Assembly: GCA_965228855.1 (NCBI GenBank)
Contig: CBDDIJ010000003.1
Coordinates: 128,001 to 192,000 of the forward strand
Source of the DNA: Candidatus Obscuribacterales bacterium
Lineage (GTDB): Bacteria; Cyanobacteriota; Vampirovibrionia; Obscuribacterales; Obscuribacteraceae
Reading direction: 5' to 3'
Length of the DNA stretch: 64,000 nucleotides
Shown: one piece after another, positions 43,024-53,279 of the stretch
Position numbering within the stretch: position 1 is the first letter of the stretch
Layout of the letters: every line of letters starts with the position of its first letter
The notes under the pieces: generated by a model
Database searches by the model: none
Told to the model about the DNA's origin: nothing
The model's input: the letters and a program-made list of their open reading frames with translations, nothing else
Program-made: the position numbers and the translations under genes

Positions 43024-44658
43024 CTACCTAAGCGCCTGATTGCTTTGCTCGACTTTTAGTTCGCTATTTGGTCCCAGGAAAATTTCAAAACTGACCGAGT
43101 CTGTCGCGCTGCTTGGAAATTTCATAAGCTCACTCCCGTCCAGCTTTTGCACGGAGGCGAGAAATTCGTCGATAAACGCTTGTGATGCTGCATCAGAAAC
43201 AGGATCACTCCATTCGGTGTTTGCCGACACTTGACCGCCGCGATCCACTACGACGTTGATTTTCATGCGCACGTTTTCCGGCGCCGAAGTTCCATGATTA
43301 GCTCGAAGGTAAGCGAATATGTTTGCATACCAGTCGTGCCATGCGGTAAAACATTCCCGCGCTGCCGCGCTGTTCATCGCTTCACGCAGGTTGTTTTCGT
43401 CCGACTCCCGATAGATGCTGGAGCCGTCTTTGAATCCGGTTTGTGCGCTCTCTTCCATATTAATGAGGAGGAACAGTCCCCTGGCGGCAAAGAATTGCCT
43501 TTGTGATGTTGATGTCGTAACCGCATGCGGTGGCGTAAATGCTAATCGTTTAGATAACTGAAGTGTAGAATTGTTTTGTAAGAGGAAACATGATCCGATC
43601 AAAATACCCGCAATTAGCGCTGCTAACGTCCATCTGCGCCGGTCAGGCTTCATCTGTTGCCGCTTATATCGAACCCGAATTTGCTTTCCTTTTAAACCGT
43701 CGGCGAGTTCTTCCATCGATTGAATACGGTCATATGGTTGTTTCTGCAAACACGCCATCACGAGCTCTTCTAGCTGTTTGAACGACTTTGTGGAAACGTG
43801 AGAGCTCTTTCCAAAGTGCTTCGAGGGTGAAATTGGTTCCTCGAACGCATGTTTGTGATAAAACGCGACAGCCTTGTCCGTGTCAAAAATCTGCTTGCCG
43901 GTGAGGCATTCATATATTACACAGCCTAAAGAATAAATGTCTGATCGAGCATCTACATCACCGCCCGTGCATTGCTCCGGGCTCATGTATGCAGGCGTTC
44001 CCAGATGCAGTCCGGTTCTGGTAACTGACGCGGCGATTTCGGTATCACAGAACTTTGCCAGACCGAAGTCGAGGATCTTCACATTCTTCTTAGAGTCGAC
44101 GATTATGTTTCCTGGTTTCAAATCGCAGTGAAGGATTCCTTTGGAATGCGCATCGCCCATCGCCTCCGCGGCTTGAATGAACATTGTTCTTATCGAATCA
44201 TCGCTGAGCGCACCTTGTTGTTCAAGGAGCGTCTGGAGTGTCTGTCCCTCTACAAACTCCATAATTAGATAGGGCGTGCCATCGTCCATGATACCGAAGT
44301 CGAACAGAGCTGTGATGCAGGCGTTGTTCAGCTCTTTGATGGCCAGAGCCTCTTGTTGAAACCGTTTTACTGCGGTCGGGTCTGATTGGAGATTGCGCTT
44401 GAGAAATTTGATAGCCGCGATCGCGGCACTGCCGCCGTGCTGCGCTTTGTAGACACGCCCACTCGAACCTTCACCAATAAGGTCCAGAATGTTCCATCCG
44501 GCTACGGTCTGACCGGCATAGCCTGCGTTGACTGGACAAAGAAGGGATGAATCGACTGGGCAATGAGTCAGGTTTCTCTCCGCATCGAAAGTGTTATTGC
44601 AGGTCGGGCAAATTCGCGTCTCAACTACGCGGAATTTGTTCAATTGTTTTGTCTGCAT
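43024..44658 (-). CDS. Hanks-type Ser/Thr kinase (non-RD) with TM and TonB-C/TolA-like C-terminal domain
   Basis: CPTC..CPVD knuckle, GEGSSGRVY, AAIK, HCDLKPGN, DFG, GTPAYMSPE; TM LAALIAGILIGSCFLL. The C-terminal domain assignment is inference. Confidence 0.9.
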   Translation of the reverse strand: MQTKQLNKFRVVETRICPTCNNTFDAERNLTHCPVDSSLLCPVNAGYAGQTVAGWNILDLIGEGSSGRVYKAQHGGSAAIAAIKFLKRNLQSDPTAVKRFQQEALAIKELNNACITALFDFGIMDDGTPYLIMEFVEGQTLQTLLEQQGALSDDSIRTMFIQAAEAMGDAHSKGILHCDLKPGNIIVDSKKNVKILDFGLAKFCDTEIAASVTRTGLHLGTPAYMSPEQCTGGDVDARSDIYSLGCVIYECLTGKQIFDTDKAVAFYHKHAFEEPISPSKHFGKSSHVSTKSFKQLEELVMACLQKQPYDRIQSMEELADGLKGKQIRVRYKRQQMKPDRRRWTLAALIAGILIGSCFLLQNNSTLQLSKRLAFTPPHAVTTSTSQRQFFAARGLFLLINMEESAQTGFKDGSSIYRESDENNLREAMNSAAARECFTAWHDWYANIFAYLRANHGTSAPENVRMKINVVVDRGGQVSANTEWSDPVSDAASQAFIDEFLASVQKLDGSELMKFPSSATDSVSFEIFLGPNSELKVEQSNQALR

Positions 44659-44871
44659 ATATGTAAGTCCGGTAGTAAGAATGCGCTGGAACACTGAATG
44701 TGAGCATCGCAATAAAGCAGACGGATGTCAATAGGACTGCATCGCTTGCGCTCTTCCTGGCTAAAACAGTCCTGGTAAGGCTTTTAAGGGAACAAACGCA
44801 TCTCCGATTAACCTACAGTTTACCGAGTTCTGAAATCGGGGTTACGAAATCGCGAGCGCTGCTCAATATCA

Positions 44872-45525
44872 CTAGTTTTGAGAGTTCCCTATCTTTTTGT
44901 AGAGTTTGTTTCTCCACATTTTGACGGTGCCACTATCAGTGGTGCCTCCCTTGTACTCGAGGCAACGGTTATAGTCTTTCATGGCATTGGCATATTGACC
45001 CAGCAGTTCGTAACTGCGTCCTCTAGCCATGTACAGGCTGAAGAATTTGGATTGCTTCTTTCTGCCGTGCTCTTCCGAGTCGATTCCTTCGGTGAAATCA
45101 GCAATTGCTTTGCTATGTTCGTTGAGTTTTTGATAACACCGTCCCCGGTGTAAATACGGATTGCCGGGCGATTCCGGCGCGAGCTTTATAACCCTACTCA
45201 AATCCGCAATAGCTTTGTCGAACTCATTCAGATTGATGTAGCACTTTCCGCGTCTTTCGTACAGATTCGCGTTGTTCGGATTTTCCTGAACGGCGCTGTT
45301 GAACAGTACTATTGCCTGGCTATACTCACCGAGTGCTTCGAGCTCCTCAGCTCGCAAAAGTGCTTTCTTCGTTTTCACACTTACTAGATCAGTCTGCGCC
45401 CTGGACTGTTTGGCACCAGGCGAGCTACTCTTTGCGGGACTCTCCGCTTTCGCGGAAACCGTCGTGCTTGAGACAAAAGCGCATACGAAGAGGGAGAGTA
45501 ATGCGTATTTTTGCGGGCTCCTCAT
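44872..45525 (-). CDS. Exported TPR protein
   Basis: Start reassigned to MRSPQK (ATG 45525); signal peptide; TPRs LYERRGKCYINLNEFDKAIADL and YLHRGRCYQKLNEHSKAIADF. Confidence 0.88.
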   Translation of the reverse strand: MRSPQKYALLSLFVCAFVSSTTVSAKAESPAKSSSPGAKQSRAQTDLVSVKTKKALLRAEELEALGEYSQAIVLFNSAVQENPNNANLYERRGKCYINLNEFDKAIADLSRVIKLAPESPGNPYLHRGRCYQKLNEHSKAIADFTEGIDSEEHGRKKQSKFFSLYMARGRSYELLGQYANAMKDYNRCLEYKGGTTDSGTVKMWRNKLYKKIGNSQN

Positions 45526-45548
45526 TTGGAAAACAACTACTTCTCGCC

Positions 45549-47195
45549 TCACTTCTGGCTCAACCTTTTCCGCTGTCGATTTTTCTTCTTCGGTTTCTTC
45601 GATGGCTCTTTCGGTTGTGATTTCGATGAAGGTGCTGGAGTTACCGCCTTCGGCGTCGCAGCCTTGTCCGCTTTGGGCGCAAGCATACTTTGGATGGTAC
45701 CAATATTTATCACGAAGCACGCGGCAATGGAAATTGCCAGCACTATGGTTAGAATCGTCATGCGAACGGCTGTTCTCTGTTCGCGTTTGAGTTCACCCTG
45801 CAGCATCAGCTTGCTGCCTTCCTCTTCTCGCTGCTGAAGCCGCTCCTGGTCAATACCGTCTAGTTTGCCTGGACCAAAGGAGTTTTGCATTGACGATGTG
45901 CGCTTGATATGACGAATCTGATCCCTCTCTTTTACTGAAAGCATAAAGTCCTTATCTTCCAGCTCAACCGTAGCGACGGATTTTTCTTCCAGCATCTCAG
46001 GTGGTAGACTGTCGATTTGCATGCCACTGCGCACTGCCTCCAACCAGTACTCGAAGGCAGCCTTCATTTGCGCTGCGCTTAGCCAGCGCCTGGCTGGATC
46101 GGTTTCAAGCGCTTTGAGAACGATCTGGTCGAGAATCTTAATTCCGGCGATATGCGGAACTGTTTCAATCATAGGCTGTGGCGAAACCGTCGGCGTGCAA
46201 TGCGCGGTCATGATATCACGGACGGTGCCTTTGCAGTACGGCGGTTTACCGGTAAACATCTCATACGCCACGATGCCGAGCGAGTAGATGTCTGAACGCG
46301 GCCCAAGTTGCTTGGCACTGCACTGTTCCGGACTCATGTACATTGGTGACCCAATAGCTTTACCGGTAAATGTGATGCGCTCTTCGCCCTCCACTCTGGC
46401 AATTCCGAAATCCAGAATTTTGACGATAATGTCGTCGCTGTCATCTTCTTTGACAAGAACAATGTTGCTTGTTTTTAAATCACGGTGAATAACGCCGCTC
46501 AGGTGCGCGTAGTTGAGAGCGTCACAAGCCTGAATCATGATGCTCGCGATATTTTCCGTTCCATCTATCCGTCCGATTGAGCGGATGATGTCGAGCAGGT
46601 TCAAACCTTTGATCCGCTCCATCACGAGGAAAAAATTACCCGTACTCGTCGCTATGAACTCCATGTATTCAACAATGTTTCTATGCTTCAGTCTCGAATG
46701 ACTTCGCACTTCACGACCGAATCGCATGATGTCCTCGGCCGAGTTGATCTTCATCGACTTCATCGCAACCAGCCGGTCGGTCGGCAAATGTTTAGCCAGA
46801 TAGACGACCGCCATCCCGCCTTTGCCCAGGATATTCAGTATCTCGTAGCTGTCCTCCACGATCGAACCGATCAGTGGATCTTCAGCCCCTTGATTCGCTG
46901 CGGCTACCGAGCCATCATCTTTATTGGTCGCTGCGACCGCGCCGGGGACAATGTGGGTGCTGGTCCAGTAACGCTGAACTTCCGCCATGTCTTTCGGGAT
47001 AAGACCCGCCCAGGAGCCGGTTATCTGGAGTGTAGGCCCTGCGGCAGTTGCCGAACCGGTTCGCTCACCCGTCCGTTCAAAAGCTAGCGATGCGTGAGGA
47101 TCCGCATCGCGATACTGGCTATCCGACCTCGGTCGGGCGTCGACGTTTAATTTTTCCGGGTCTTCCGAGGACATGGGTGAAGCCGATTGCGACAA
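45549..47195 (-). CDS. Hanks-type Ser/Thr kinase with C-terminal TM
   Basis: GKGGMAVVY, VAMK, HRDLKTSN, DFG, GSPMYMSPE; TM ILTIVLAISIAACFVI. Confidence 0.95.
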   Translation of the reverse strand: MSQSASPMSSEDPEKLNVDARPRSDSQYRDADPHASLAFERTGERTGSATAAGPTLQITGSWAGLIPKDMAEVQRYWTSTHIVPGAVAATNKDDGSVAAANQGAEDPLIGSIVEDSYEILNILGKGGMAVVYLAKHLPTDRLVAMKSMKINSAEDIMRFGREVRSHSRLKHRNIVEYMEFIATSTGNFFLVMERIKGLNLLDIIRSIGRIDGTENIASIMIQACDALNYAHLSGVIHRDLKTSNIVLVKEDDSDDIIVKILDFGIARVEGEERITFTGKAIGSPMYMSPEQCSAKQLGPRSDIYSLGIVAYEMFTGKPPYCKGTVRDIMTAHCTPTVSPQPMIETVPHIAGIKILDQIVLKALETDPARRWLSAAQMKAAFEYWLEAVRSGMQIDSLPPEMLEEKSVATVELEDKDFMLSVKERDQIRHIKRTSSMQNSFGPGKLDGIDQERLQQREEEGSKLMLQGELKREQRTAVRMTILTIVLAISIAACFVINIGTIQSMLAPKADKAATPKAVTPAPSSKSQPKEPSKKPKKKNRQRKRLSQK

Positions 47196-47359
47196 GGCAT
47201 TCAGTGCCTATTTGCACCTATTTCAGTGTTTCAAAACCCCCTATTGGGGTGATTTTACAGTCGCCATTTTGCAACCAACACGAATTTCAGTCGATACGGA
47301 TGGCCCGGAAGTGGCATATTGCTTGAAGGAATACAGTGTGGTGAGAGGATGTAGTACTC

Positions 47360-48037
47360 TTGGCGAAGGTCTTAGTTGTCGAAGACGATCGAGAATTAGC
47401 AGCTAATGTGCAGCGTTGGCTGGAATTTGACAAGCATGTAGTGGAAACCGCTCACGACGGCATACAAGCGTCTGAAATGCTTCGGTTCTATAAATACGAC
47501 CTAGTTATTCTCGACTGGGGACTGCCGGAGGCAAGTGGCATCGACGTGCTTCGAGAGTTTCGGAAATCGGGGGGCAACTCCCCGGTTCTATTCCTGACTG
47601 GAAAGGGCGCGGTTGAAGATAAGGAGATGGGCTTCAACACCGGAGCAGATGACTATCTAACCAAGCCGTTCGACATGCGCGAATTGTCCGCTCGTTGCAA
47701 GGCGATTTTGCGCAGACCAAATTCTATAGTCGGTGACGTTTTGGAAGTGGGAGGCTTGATCATTGATGTCTCATCTCATCGAGTCGTTCGAGATGGTGAA
47801 CCCATCAATGTTTCGCAGCAGGAGTTTGCGCTTCTGGAGTTTTTGGTGAGGCATCCAGGTCAAGTCTTTGCACCGGAGGCGATACTGGATCGAGTCTGGA
47901 AGTCTACTTCGGACTCGACACCGGCCGTGGTGCGCAGCCACATAAAGTCTCTTCGAAAGAAACTGGACGTCGAAGGTCGGCGCTCCTACATCAAAAATGT
48001 TCACGGCGTGGGTTATTGCTTCGACAATGGCTCTTAG
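47360..48037 (+). CDS. Orphan OmpR-family response regulator
   Basis: VLVVEDD, LDWGLP, GADDYLTKPF, HIKSLRKKL, HGVGY. Confidence 0.95.
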   Translation: MAKVLVVEDDRELAANVQRWLEFDKHVVETAHDGIQASEMLRFYKYDLVILDWGLPEASGIDVLREFRKSGGNSPVLFLTGKGAVEDKEMGFNTGADDYLTKPFDMRELSARCKAILRRPNSIVGDVLEVGGLIIDVSSHRVVRDGEPINVSQQEFALLEFLVRHPGQVFAPEAILDRVWKSTSDSTPAVVRSHIKSLRKKLDVEGRRSYIKNVHGVGYCFDNGS

Positions 48038-48939
48038 GGCGACTTGCTACTTCCGGTTTTATTTTGCGAACCGGTCTTTGGCGTTTTATCCGGTGCTGGC
48101 TTAGCCGGTTTTTTCGGCGAGCCGATTTCCGGTTCGAACTCGATGAAATCAGTCACTGCTTTCGAGTATTTGTTGTCTACCAGCGACATCATAGAGGTTT
48201 GCTTCACACATCCTGCCATAGGTTTGAACGAGATTGAGCTGCCAGGAACCACCGAAATATTCGAGGTTTTCAGCCGAAGCGATTTCTCGTTCGGCATGAC
48301 ATTCTGCCAGAATAAGGGAATGCCTGAGAGATGGGGGATTCCGTACCAAACTGATATCAGCTCTAGTTGCATTTTGCTCGCTGGAATGGCACCGTCAGTG
48401 GTGACCAATTCAATCACGCATTTCTTCGGTTGCGACCGATATCTGTAAAACCCGTCCGACTCGAGCGTGTTCCACTTCCGCTGTATAGCCGGTAATCCGC
48501 GAAAGTTCATGCGCTGTTCTGAGGCGGCATGTTTTGGGTGCATGTAGTTCTTCTCTGGAGGATCCAGGAAGAACCCCTCTTTCATCCAGCGAGTGGCAGG
48601 TAGTTCACACGAGTATTTTTTGCTCTTATTGACCACCGTGGCCGTCCAGTCCGGCGCCCGGGCGACAATTTCAAAAGATCCTTGCGTCACTATTTTTACG
48701 CAATCTTTGCCTAGATAAACGGTCGAAGCCGCTGACGTCTGCCCGGGAAAGTAGTCTATTTCCCATACTTTTTCAGTCGGTGTGCCCGGCGTTTTTTTGT
48801 TCGCTCCGGCCGCAATCTCTGGCATCAGAGCTGCGCAGATTATGCCGACAATTGCGAGGCTCGCAATCCTGACGGTCCCATTGATTGAGACCAGGCGTTT
48901 GCCCGGCGCTGAAGCCTGTTCTTTAAGCAGCCTCTCCAT
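48034..48939 (-). CDS. Hypothetical exported protein
   Basis: 301-aa ORF with N-terminal hydrophobic segment; no recognisable motif. Confidence 0.7.
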   Translation of the reverse strand: MERLLKEQASAPGKRLVSINGTVRIASLAIVGIICAALMPEIAAGANKKTPGTPTEKVWEIDYFPGQTSAASTVYLGKDCVKIVTQGSFEIVARAPDWTATVVNKSKKYSCELPATRWMKEGFFLDPPEKNYMHPKHAASEQRMNFRGLPAIQRKWNTLESDGFYRYRSQPKKCVIELVTTDGAIPASKMQLELISVWYGIPHLSGIPLFWQNVMPNEKSLRLKTSNISVVPGSSISFKPMAGCVKQTSMMSLVDNKYSKAVTDFIEFEPEIGSPKKPAKPAPDKTPKTGSQNKTGSSKSP

Positions 48940-49036
48940 AAGAGCGTAAAACCGTCCAGCGGGCGGTGGTATCGAAAGTAGTGGCAGAGGGTTCCGACAT
49001 GATGCTCAGGCTGATCGCACCATGAGAGTTTCCGTT

Positions 49037-50440
49037 TCATTCTTCCAGAACTTTTATTCTGCCGGAGTTCGCGGCTTGCACTAGCAGCGCGTGATCGCGC
49101 TCCACCTGATCCGCGTATGCCAGAGCAAAGTCTGTGACAGCCTCATCAAATTCTTCGTTGTTTCCGAGATAACCTGAAATAACTGCTGAGTCACCGGAGC
49201 GTGCATGCGCGCGAGCGAGCGTCGCGCCCATTACTAGAGCCATCTCCGCCATTATTTTAGCGTCCCATAGCTCGGGCTCAAGTTTGATCTTCGAGTCCTT
49301 CATCTGACGTATGTAGAAGTGCTTGTCGTCACCGCCAAAATCTGTCCAACCTAGAAAAATGTCGCTGGCGGACTGGATGATGCGCTGACCTTCGACAACG
49401 CGCTGACCGCGGTTTTCAAAAGTGCTTTTGCCTGCGTATGGTTCAAGTACTGATTCTCGAGCTTCTTTCATTTGAAGAAAGAGCGGTTCATCATCCGGCG
49501 CAAGCATGAGCAGAACCATGCATGTCGTGCCAACGCTGCCGATTCCCACGACTTTGATGGCGCAATCGACAAAGCGATAACGACTGAACAATCTTCGTTT
49601 GTCTTCCTGAAGTGTGGTTTTATAAACTTCAAGAGCCTGTTCGACAGAGTCTTTGAATGAGCTGCCCTTCTTATCCTCGACGTGATAAATGGTCGGAGGG
49701 CTGTCTTTGATTGTGTAATGGCTTCCGCTCTGTTTCTCGACAAGCTTCGGGAAATAGTATTCGCTGTTTCTCATCTTTGCTTTGCGCGCAACCTGTTCGC
49801 GCCTGGCTCGGAGGTCTGCGCTAGTCGTCGCGGCGATGACGTGCTGCCAATCGATGCGGTCATACCAGATATCGAGAATACTCATTCGTGCGTATTCCGC
49901 CATTTTCTCCCGATACGCTCGGAGAACGGCTTTGGATGCGGCTGCAGCTGCTTTGGGTTTTAAACCGTTCTCTCTCGCTGCTAAAATGAAACTTACTGTA
50001 AGGCGCTTCAAATCCCATTCCCAGGGGGCTGGTAGAGTTTCGTCAAAATCGTTGATATCAAATGACAGATTTCTTTCCGGTGTCGCAAATGCGCCGAAGT
50101 TCAGCAGATGGCAGTCACCGCAAGCCTGGACATAAACCTTGGTCGACGGAGTGTGTTCCAGATCCGCAGCCATCAGGGCTGCTGCACCGCGGAAGAAGGT
50201 AAACGGTGATACTTTCATGCGTCCCCAACGTAGCGGCGTCAGTTCTGCTATGCGACCGTTATTCGACTCCTCGAGCAACTCCAGCGGATCCCTGCGTGAA
50301 GCCGGCACGATCCAGCCGGCGTGACTGGATCTCGTTATTGAAGCGCGAAGGGTTTTACCCCTGTCTTTGCGATTGTCACGAGGCGTTATCGTCGCATCGT
50401 GCAGCATCGCGGATTGCTTCTTCGAGTCGTCTGTCGCCAA
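49037..50440 (-). CDS. DUF2252-family protein (kinase-like fold)
   Basis: GRMKVSPFTFFRGAA, CGDCHLLNFG, FDINDFDE, PWEWDLKRL, KVVGIGSVGT, LARAHARSGD. Confidence 0.92.
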   Translation of the reverse strand: MATDDSKKQSAMLHDATITPRDNRKDRGKTLRASITRSSHAGWIVPASRRDPLELLEESNNGRIAELTPLRWGRMKVSPFTFFRGAAALMAADLEHTPSTKVYVQACGDCHLLNFGAFATPERNLSFDINDFDETLPAPWEWDLKRLTVSFILAARENGLKPKAAAAASKAVLRAYREKMAEYARMSILDIWYDRIDWQHVIAATTSADLRARREQVARKAKMRNSEYYFPKLVEKQSGSHYTIKDSPPTIYHVEDKKGSSFKDSVEQALEVYKTTLQEDKRRLFSRYRFVDCAIKVVGIGSVGTTCMVLLMLAPDDEPLFLQMKEARESVLEPYAGKSTFENRGQRVVEGQRIIQSASDIFLGWTDFGGDDKHFYIRQMKDSKIKLEPELWDAKIMAEMALVMGATLARAHARSGDSAVISGYLGNNEEFDEAVTDFALAYADQVERDHALLVQAANSGRIKVLEE

Positions 50441-50542
50441 TTGCCACCTCCACCTGCCGGGTTCCTACGGATTCTGCCAGTTGTTACAAGTTCTACCTAT
50501 TAATACTACCCAGTCAAGCAATCAGACCATCATAAAAGCGCC

Positions 50543-50577
50543 AAAAAAGGATAGAGCCGCACATGGCGGCTCTAATC
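50543..50577 (-). terminator. Rho-independent terminator on the minus strand
   Basis: 9-bp stem TAGAGCCGC/GCGGCTCTA (50552-50574); + strand A6 at 50543-48 gives a U tract on the minus strand. Confidence 0.85.
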
Positions 50578-50748
50578 TTGAGACTCGATTTCTTCGGATT
50601 GGATTTTGCAGATTCGCTGACGGCTTCGCAGTTGTGGCCGACGTCTCGCTACATCGTCATCGAATTTGTTTTGTCTTTCTCCTCTGAAAACGAGTACCAG
50701 GGCTGTTTGCTGTTTACGGAAATCAGTCGATTTGCATTTGCAGCTCGT
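50543..50748 (-). ncRNA. Candidate ~200-nt small RNA (no family recognised)
   Basis: Bounded by a TATAGT -10 box (50755-60) with an upstream phased repeat array and by a terminator. Only 3-4-codon ATG ORFs inside. Confidence 0.55.
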
Positions 50749-50754
50749 AGTTTC

Positions 50755-50808
50755 ACTATAAATTTCGACCGTGAAGTAAGAGTGAACTTAATGTGAAATC
50801 TGCGTGAA
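50755..50808 (-). promoter_or_regulatory. Promoter with 4x TTCAC at 11-bp period and TATAGT -10 box
   Basis: + strand GTGAA at 50771, 50782, 50793, 50804; ACTATA at 50755-60, 10 nt away. Confidence 0.75.
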
Positions 50809-50816
50809 GTAGCGAA

Positions 50817-51311
50817 TTAAGGAAGGACGAGATTGAAGGTTACGATTGGAAACGTATACCGTTTGCGAAATGTCCAGGCGACATTGTTGCCAGATGCGTC
50901 CTGTCCGAAAATACTTCCGACGAAGGTAAGAGGCACCGGGGTCTTAACTCTGCACTCAGTCGTTATAGTCACGGTTGGGTTTCCTGCAGTTGGATTGCCT
51001 CCAAAATCCTGGTATTGAAAGTTGCCGGCACCAAGAATCAAAGTCGGATCAGAAACAAAGTTTCCATCAGCTTTGTGTGTCTTCAAGATTGTGGTCGCCG
51101 CGTTTTGCGCAGCAGTAGGCGTTGATTGTTGTGCCGCCGCTCTGCAAGCGTCGCGACAAGCGCGGTCGTTAAGTTCGTATCCCAGCATCAAAATCGTGAC
51201 GTCTATCGCAAGAAATGTGAGGACCAGTAGGAAAAGAGAACCGCAAGCTAATTCGACAGCGGCCATTCCGTTCGCTCTGCGCTTTATGCTTTTGTGTTTC
51301 TTCAGTGACAT
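50817..51311 (-). CDS. TadE-like pseudopilin
   Basis: Prepilin-type cleavage site RRANG|MAAVE, hydrophobic helix, ACRDACRAAA motif. Confidence 0.8.
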   Translation of the reverse strand: MSLKKHKSIKRRANGMAAVELACGSLFLLVLTFLAIDVTILMLGYELNDRACRDACRAAAQQSTPTAAQNAATTILKTHKADGNFVSDPTLILGAGNFQYQDFGGNPTAGNPTVTITTECRVKTPVPLTFVGSIFGQDASGNNVAWTFRKRYTFPIVTFNLVLP

Positions 51312-51356
51312 TGTTGCGTCCTCGATGCAAATTTGTGAGATACGATTGTGCCGGTT

Positions 51357-53198
51357 CTAGTTTTCGATTGCCACAAGCTGAACCAATTGTCGTGCGATAT
51401 TTTCGAACGTATATCGCAGGTTGGCTGTGCTCGTGACGAGGAAGAATTTGCCACCATTTCCAGCTATGTAAGAAACGCCTGGGTTACTTCCGCCTGGCGT
51501 GTAGCTTTGAGTGATACCGTTCTGGTCTGTATAAGATACCGACTTGGAAGGATCGTCATTCAAGATATTGCACTCGCCGGGAATGATCGCGCTTGTTTGA
51601 GCAAGTCCAATCGTATAGATCGGCATACCTTCATTCTTGATTTGCTGGGCAATCGATCGCGCATGCGACCAGGGCGAGTTGCCGGAACCTGGTGCGGTGG
51701 GCTGTCCATCAGTGAAGAGAACTATGGCGCGTTTTGCGCCGGGACGCTTGTGTGCCACCAACATATCTTTTGCCTTGAGCAGGGCGTCTCCAATATTCGT
51801 ACTTCCGTATGCCACCGTGGTCGGTATCACTCCCAGTATTTCTGTGTACTTGGTGGCTGTTTCGTTTAACGTGATGCCGGGTCTTGGATAGTTTGCGTTG
51901 CCGCCTGCGTAGCTGCTGGAGATGATCGGAGCGCCGATTGTTTCACCAGCGGTGGTGCCTGCATCTGTAGAAAAACTTACGAAACCGAAGTGTGCTTCCG
52001 TATTGTTATTCATGATCGTGAAGAAATCTTTGGCGGCATCTTGCGCGTCGACAAGTGGTCTGCGTTTCTTCTTGGCGTTTGAATTGTAATCGGCTTGATA
52101 TCCTGGTCTCGGTGCGACTCCTGAGAGTTCGCTGACAGTATTGAGGCGCGCGTTGTTGAAGGTCAAGGCGTCTTCGAGATTGCCTCTTGCGGCTTCGACA
52201 ACGGTTTCAATATTGGGATAAACATACCCCGCCGGACTTGTATATGGATACTGTGCTGCACCATTTGGTCCTTCGCCGATATTGATTACGAGGTCTGTGA
52301 AATCGTATGTAGAACCTGCGCTGCCGCTCGGATAGTTTCCGGGCGGGCTGCCTGTGTTCGGTGTGCCGCGAAGAGCTGCGTTGAAGCTGAGAGGTCGCGA
52401 ATGTCCGCTTGTGCTCGCTTGCTCCAACGATTGTGGGTAGTGGGCGTTGAGCGATGAGCCTGTTGGTTGGGGACCGATGATGTCGTACAACTTTCCGCTC
52501 GCTAAACCGCCGGTCGTCGGAGCGCCAGGTCTTGCATTGATGATTAAGTGACGAATACGTCCCTGTGCGGAGTTCCAGTATCGTCTAACGAACGTCACCG
52601 GTGATTGATCGTCTATTGACGCTGAGACATCGAAGCACAGAACGATGTCCAGCTGCGGAACGCGACCCAGTCCTTCCGAGCGCAAGGTGTACGGACCGGT
52701 TATTCCAAGAAACGTTCCAAATGCTGGTGTCAAACCGAATGCGCCAACGACTTGTACGATGCGTCCGTTGGGATTGCCCAGCGCGACGGGCTGATTGGGC
52801 GGCGAGCTGTTCGGGTCAAGTAAGCGAACATAAATAGACGCTTCATTTTTTGCCGGATTATCGCTGGCTGTTTGTACTTGATGAGCGCCGGTCAAAGTAT
52901 ATTCGTTGATTGAATTGGCACGAAAAGCTTGCACCGCTGCTGCTACCACATCTTGATGCGTCTGTAATGTGTCGGTGTTGTCGGAACTCGCTAATCGTGC
53001 GGCCCCTGCAAGAGCCGCTGCTTGACAGTCGGATCGCAATTGCTCGCGAATTGCCATCGCTCTTGATACTTCGAATGTCAGGAGACCGATCATTGGCAGT
53101 GCGACCAGTCCCAGCACGAAACACATCAATATGATTAGTGCGCCACGCTGATTTCTTCTTATCTTCGATCTCATTGTATAGAAACTCCGATGATACAT
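51357..53198 (-). CDS. TadG-like pilus-associated protein with vWA domain
   Basis: RRNQRG + hydrophobic helix, L..DCQAAALAGA; MIDAS DVSAS, STNIGDAL, VLFTDG, IYTIG. Confidence 0.85.
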   Translation of the reverse strand: MYHRSFYTMRSKIRRNQRGALIILMCFVLGLVALPMIGLLTFEVSRAMAIREQLRSDCQAAALAGAARLASSDNTDTLQTHQDVVAAAVQAFRANSINEYTLTGAHQVQTASDNPAKNEASIYVRLLDPNSSPPNQPVALGNPNGRIVQVVGAFGLTPAFGTFLGITGPYTLRSEGLGRVPQLDIVLCFDVSASIDDQSPVTFVRRYWNSAQGRIRHLIINARPGAPTTGGLASGKLYDIIGPQPTGSSLNAHYPQSLEQASTSGHSRPLSFNAALRGTPNTGSPPGNYPSGSAGSTYDFTDLVINIGEGPNGAAQYPYTSPAGYVYPNIETVVEAARGNLEDALTFNNARLNTVSELSGVAPRPGYQADYNSNAKKKRRPLVDAQDAAKDFFTIMNNNTEAHFGFVSFSTDAGTTAGETIGAPIISSSYAGGNANYPRPGITLNETATKYTEILGVIPTTVAYGSTNIGDALLKAKDMLVAHKRPGAKRAIVLFTDGQPTAPGSGNSPWSHARSIAQQIKNEGMPIYTIGLAQTSAIIPGECNILNDDPSKSVSYTDQNGITQSYTPGGSNPGVSYIAGNGGKFFLVTSTANLRYTFENIARQLVQLVAIEN

Positions 53199-53279
53199 TG
53201 GAATAAAAGCTGCTCAGAGACTCGATCTCGGACTACTTGCGAACAGAAACATCCAAATTCCGTTCTACTTATATAGGTA

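Noticed and set aside
50563..50796. 77-aa + strand ORF in the putative sRNA region
   Set aside because: It starts inside the terminator hairpin, has no SD, and runs opposite to the promoter and terminator orientation.
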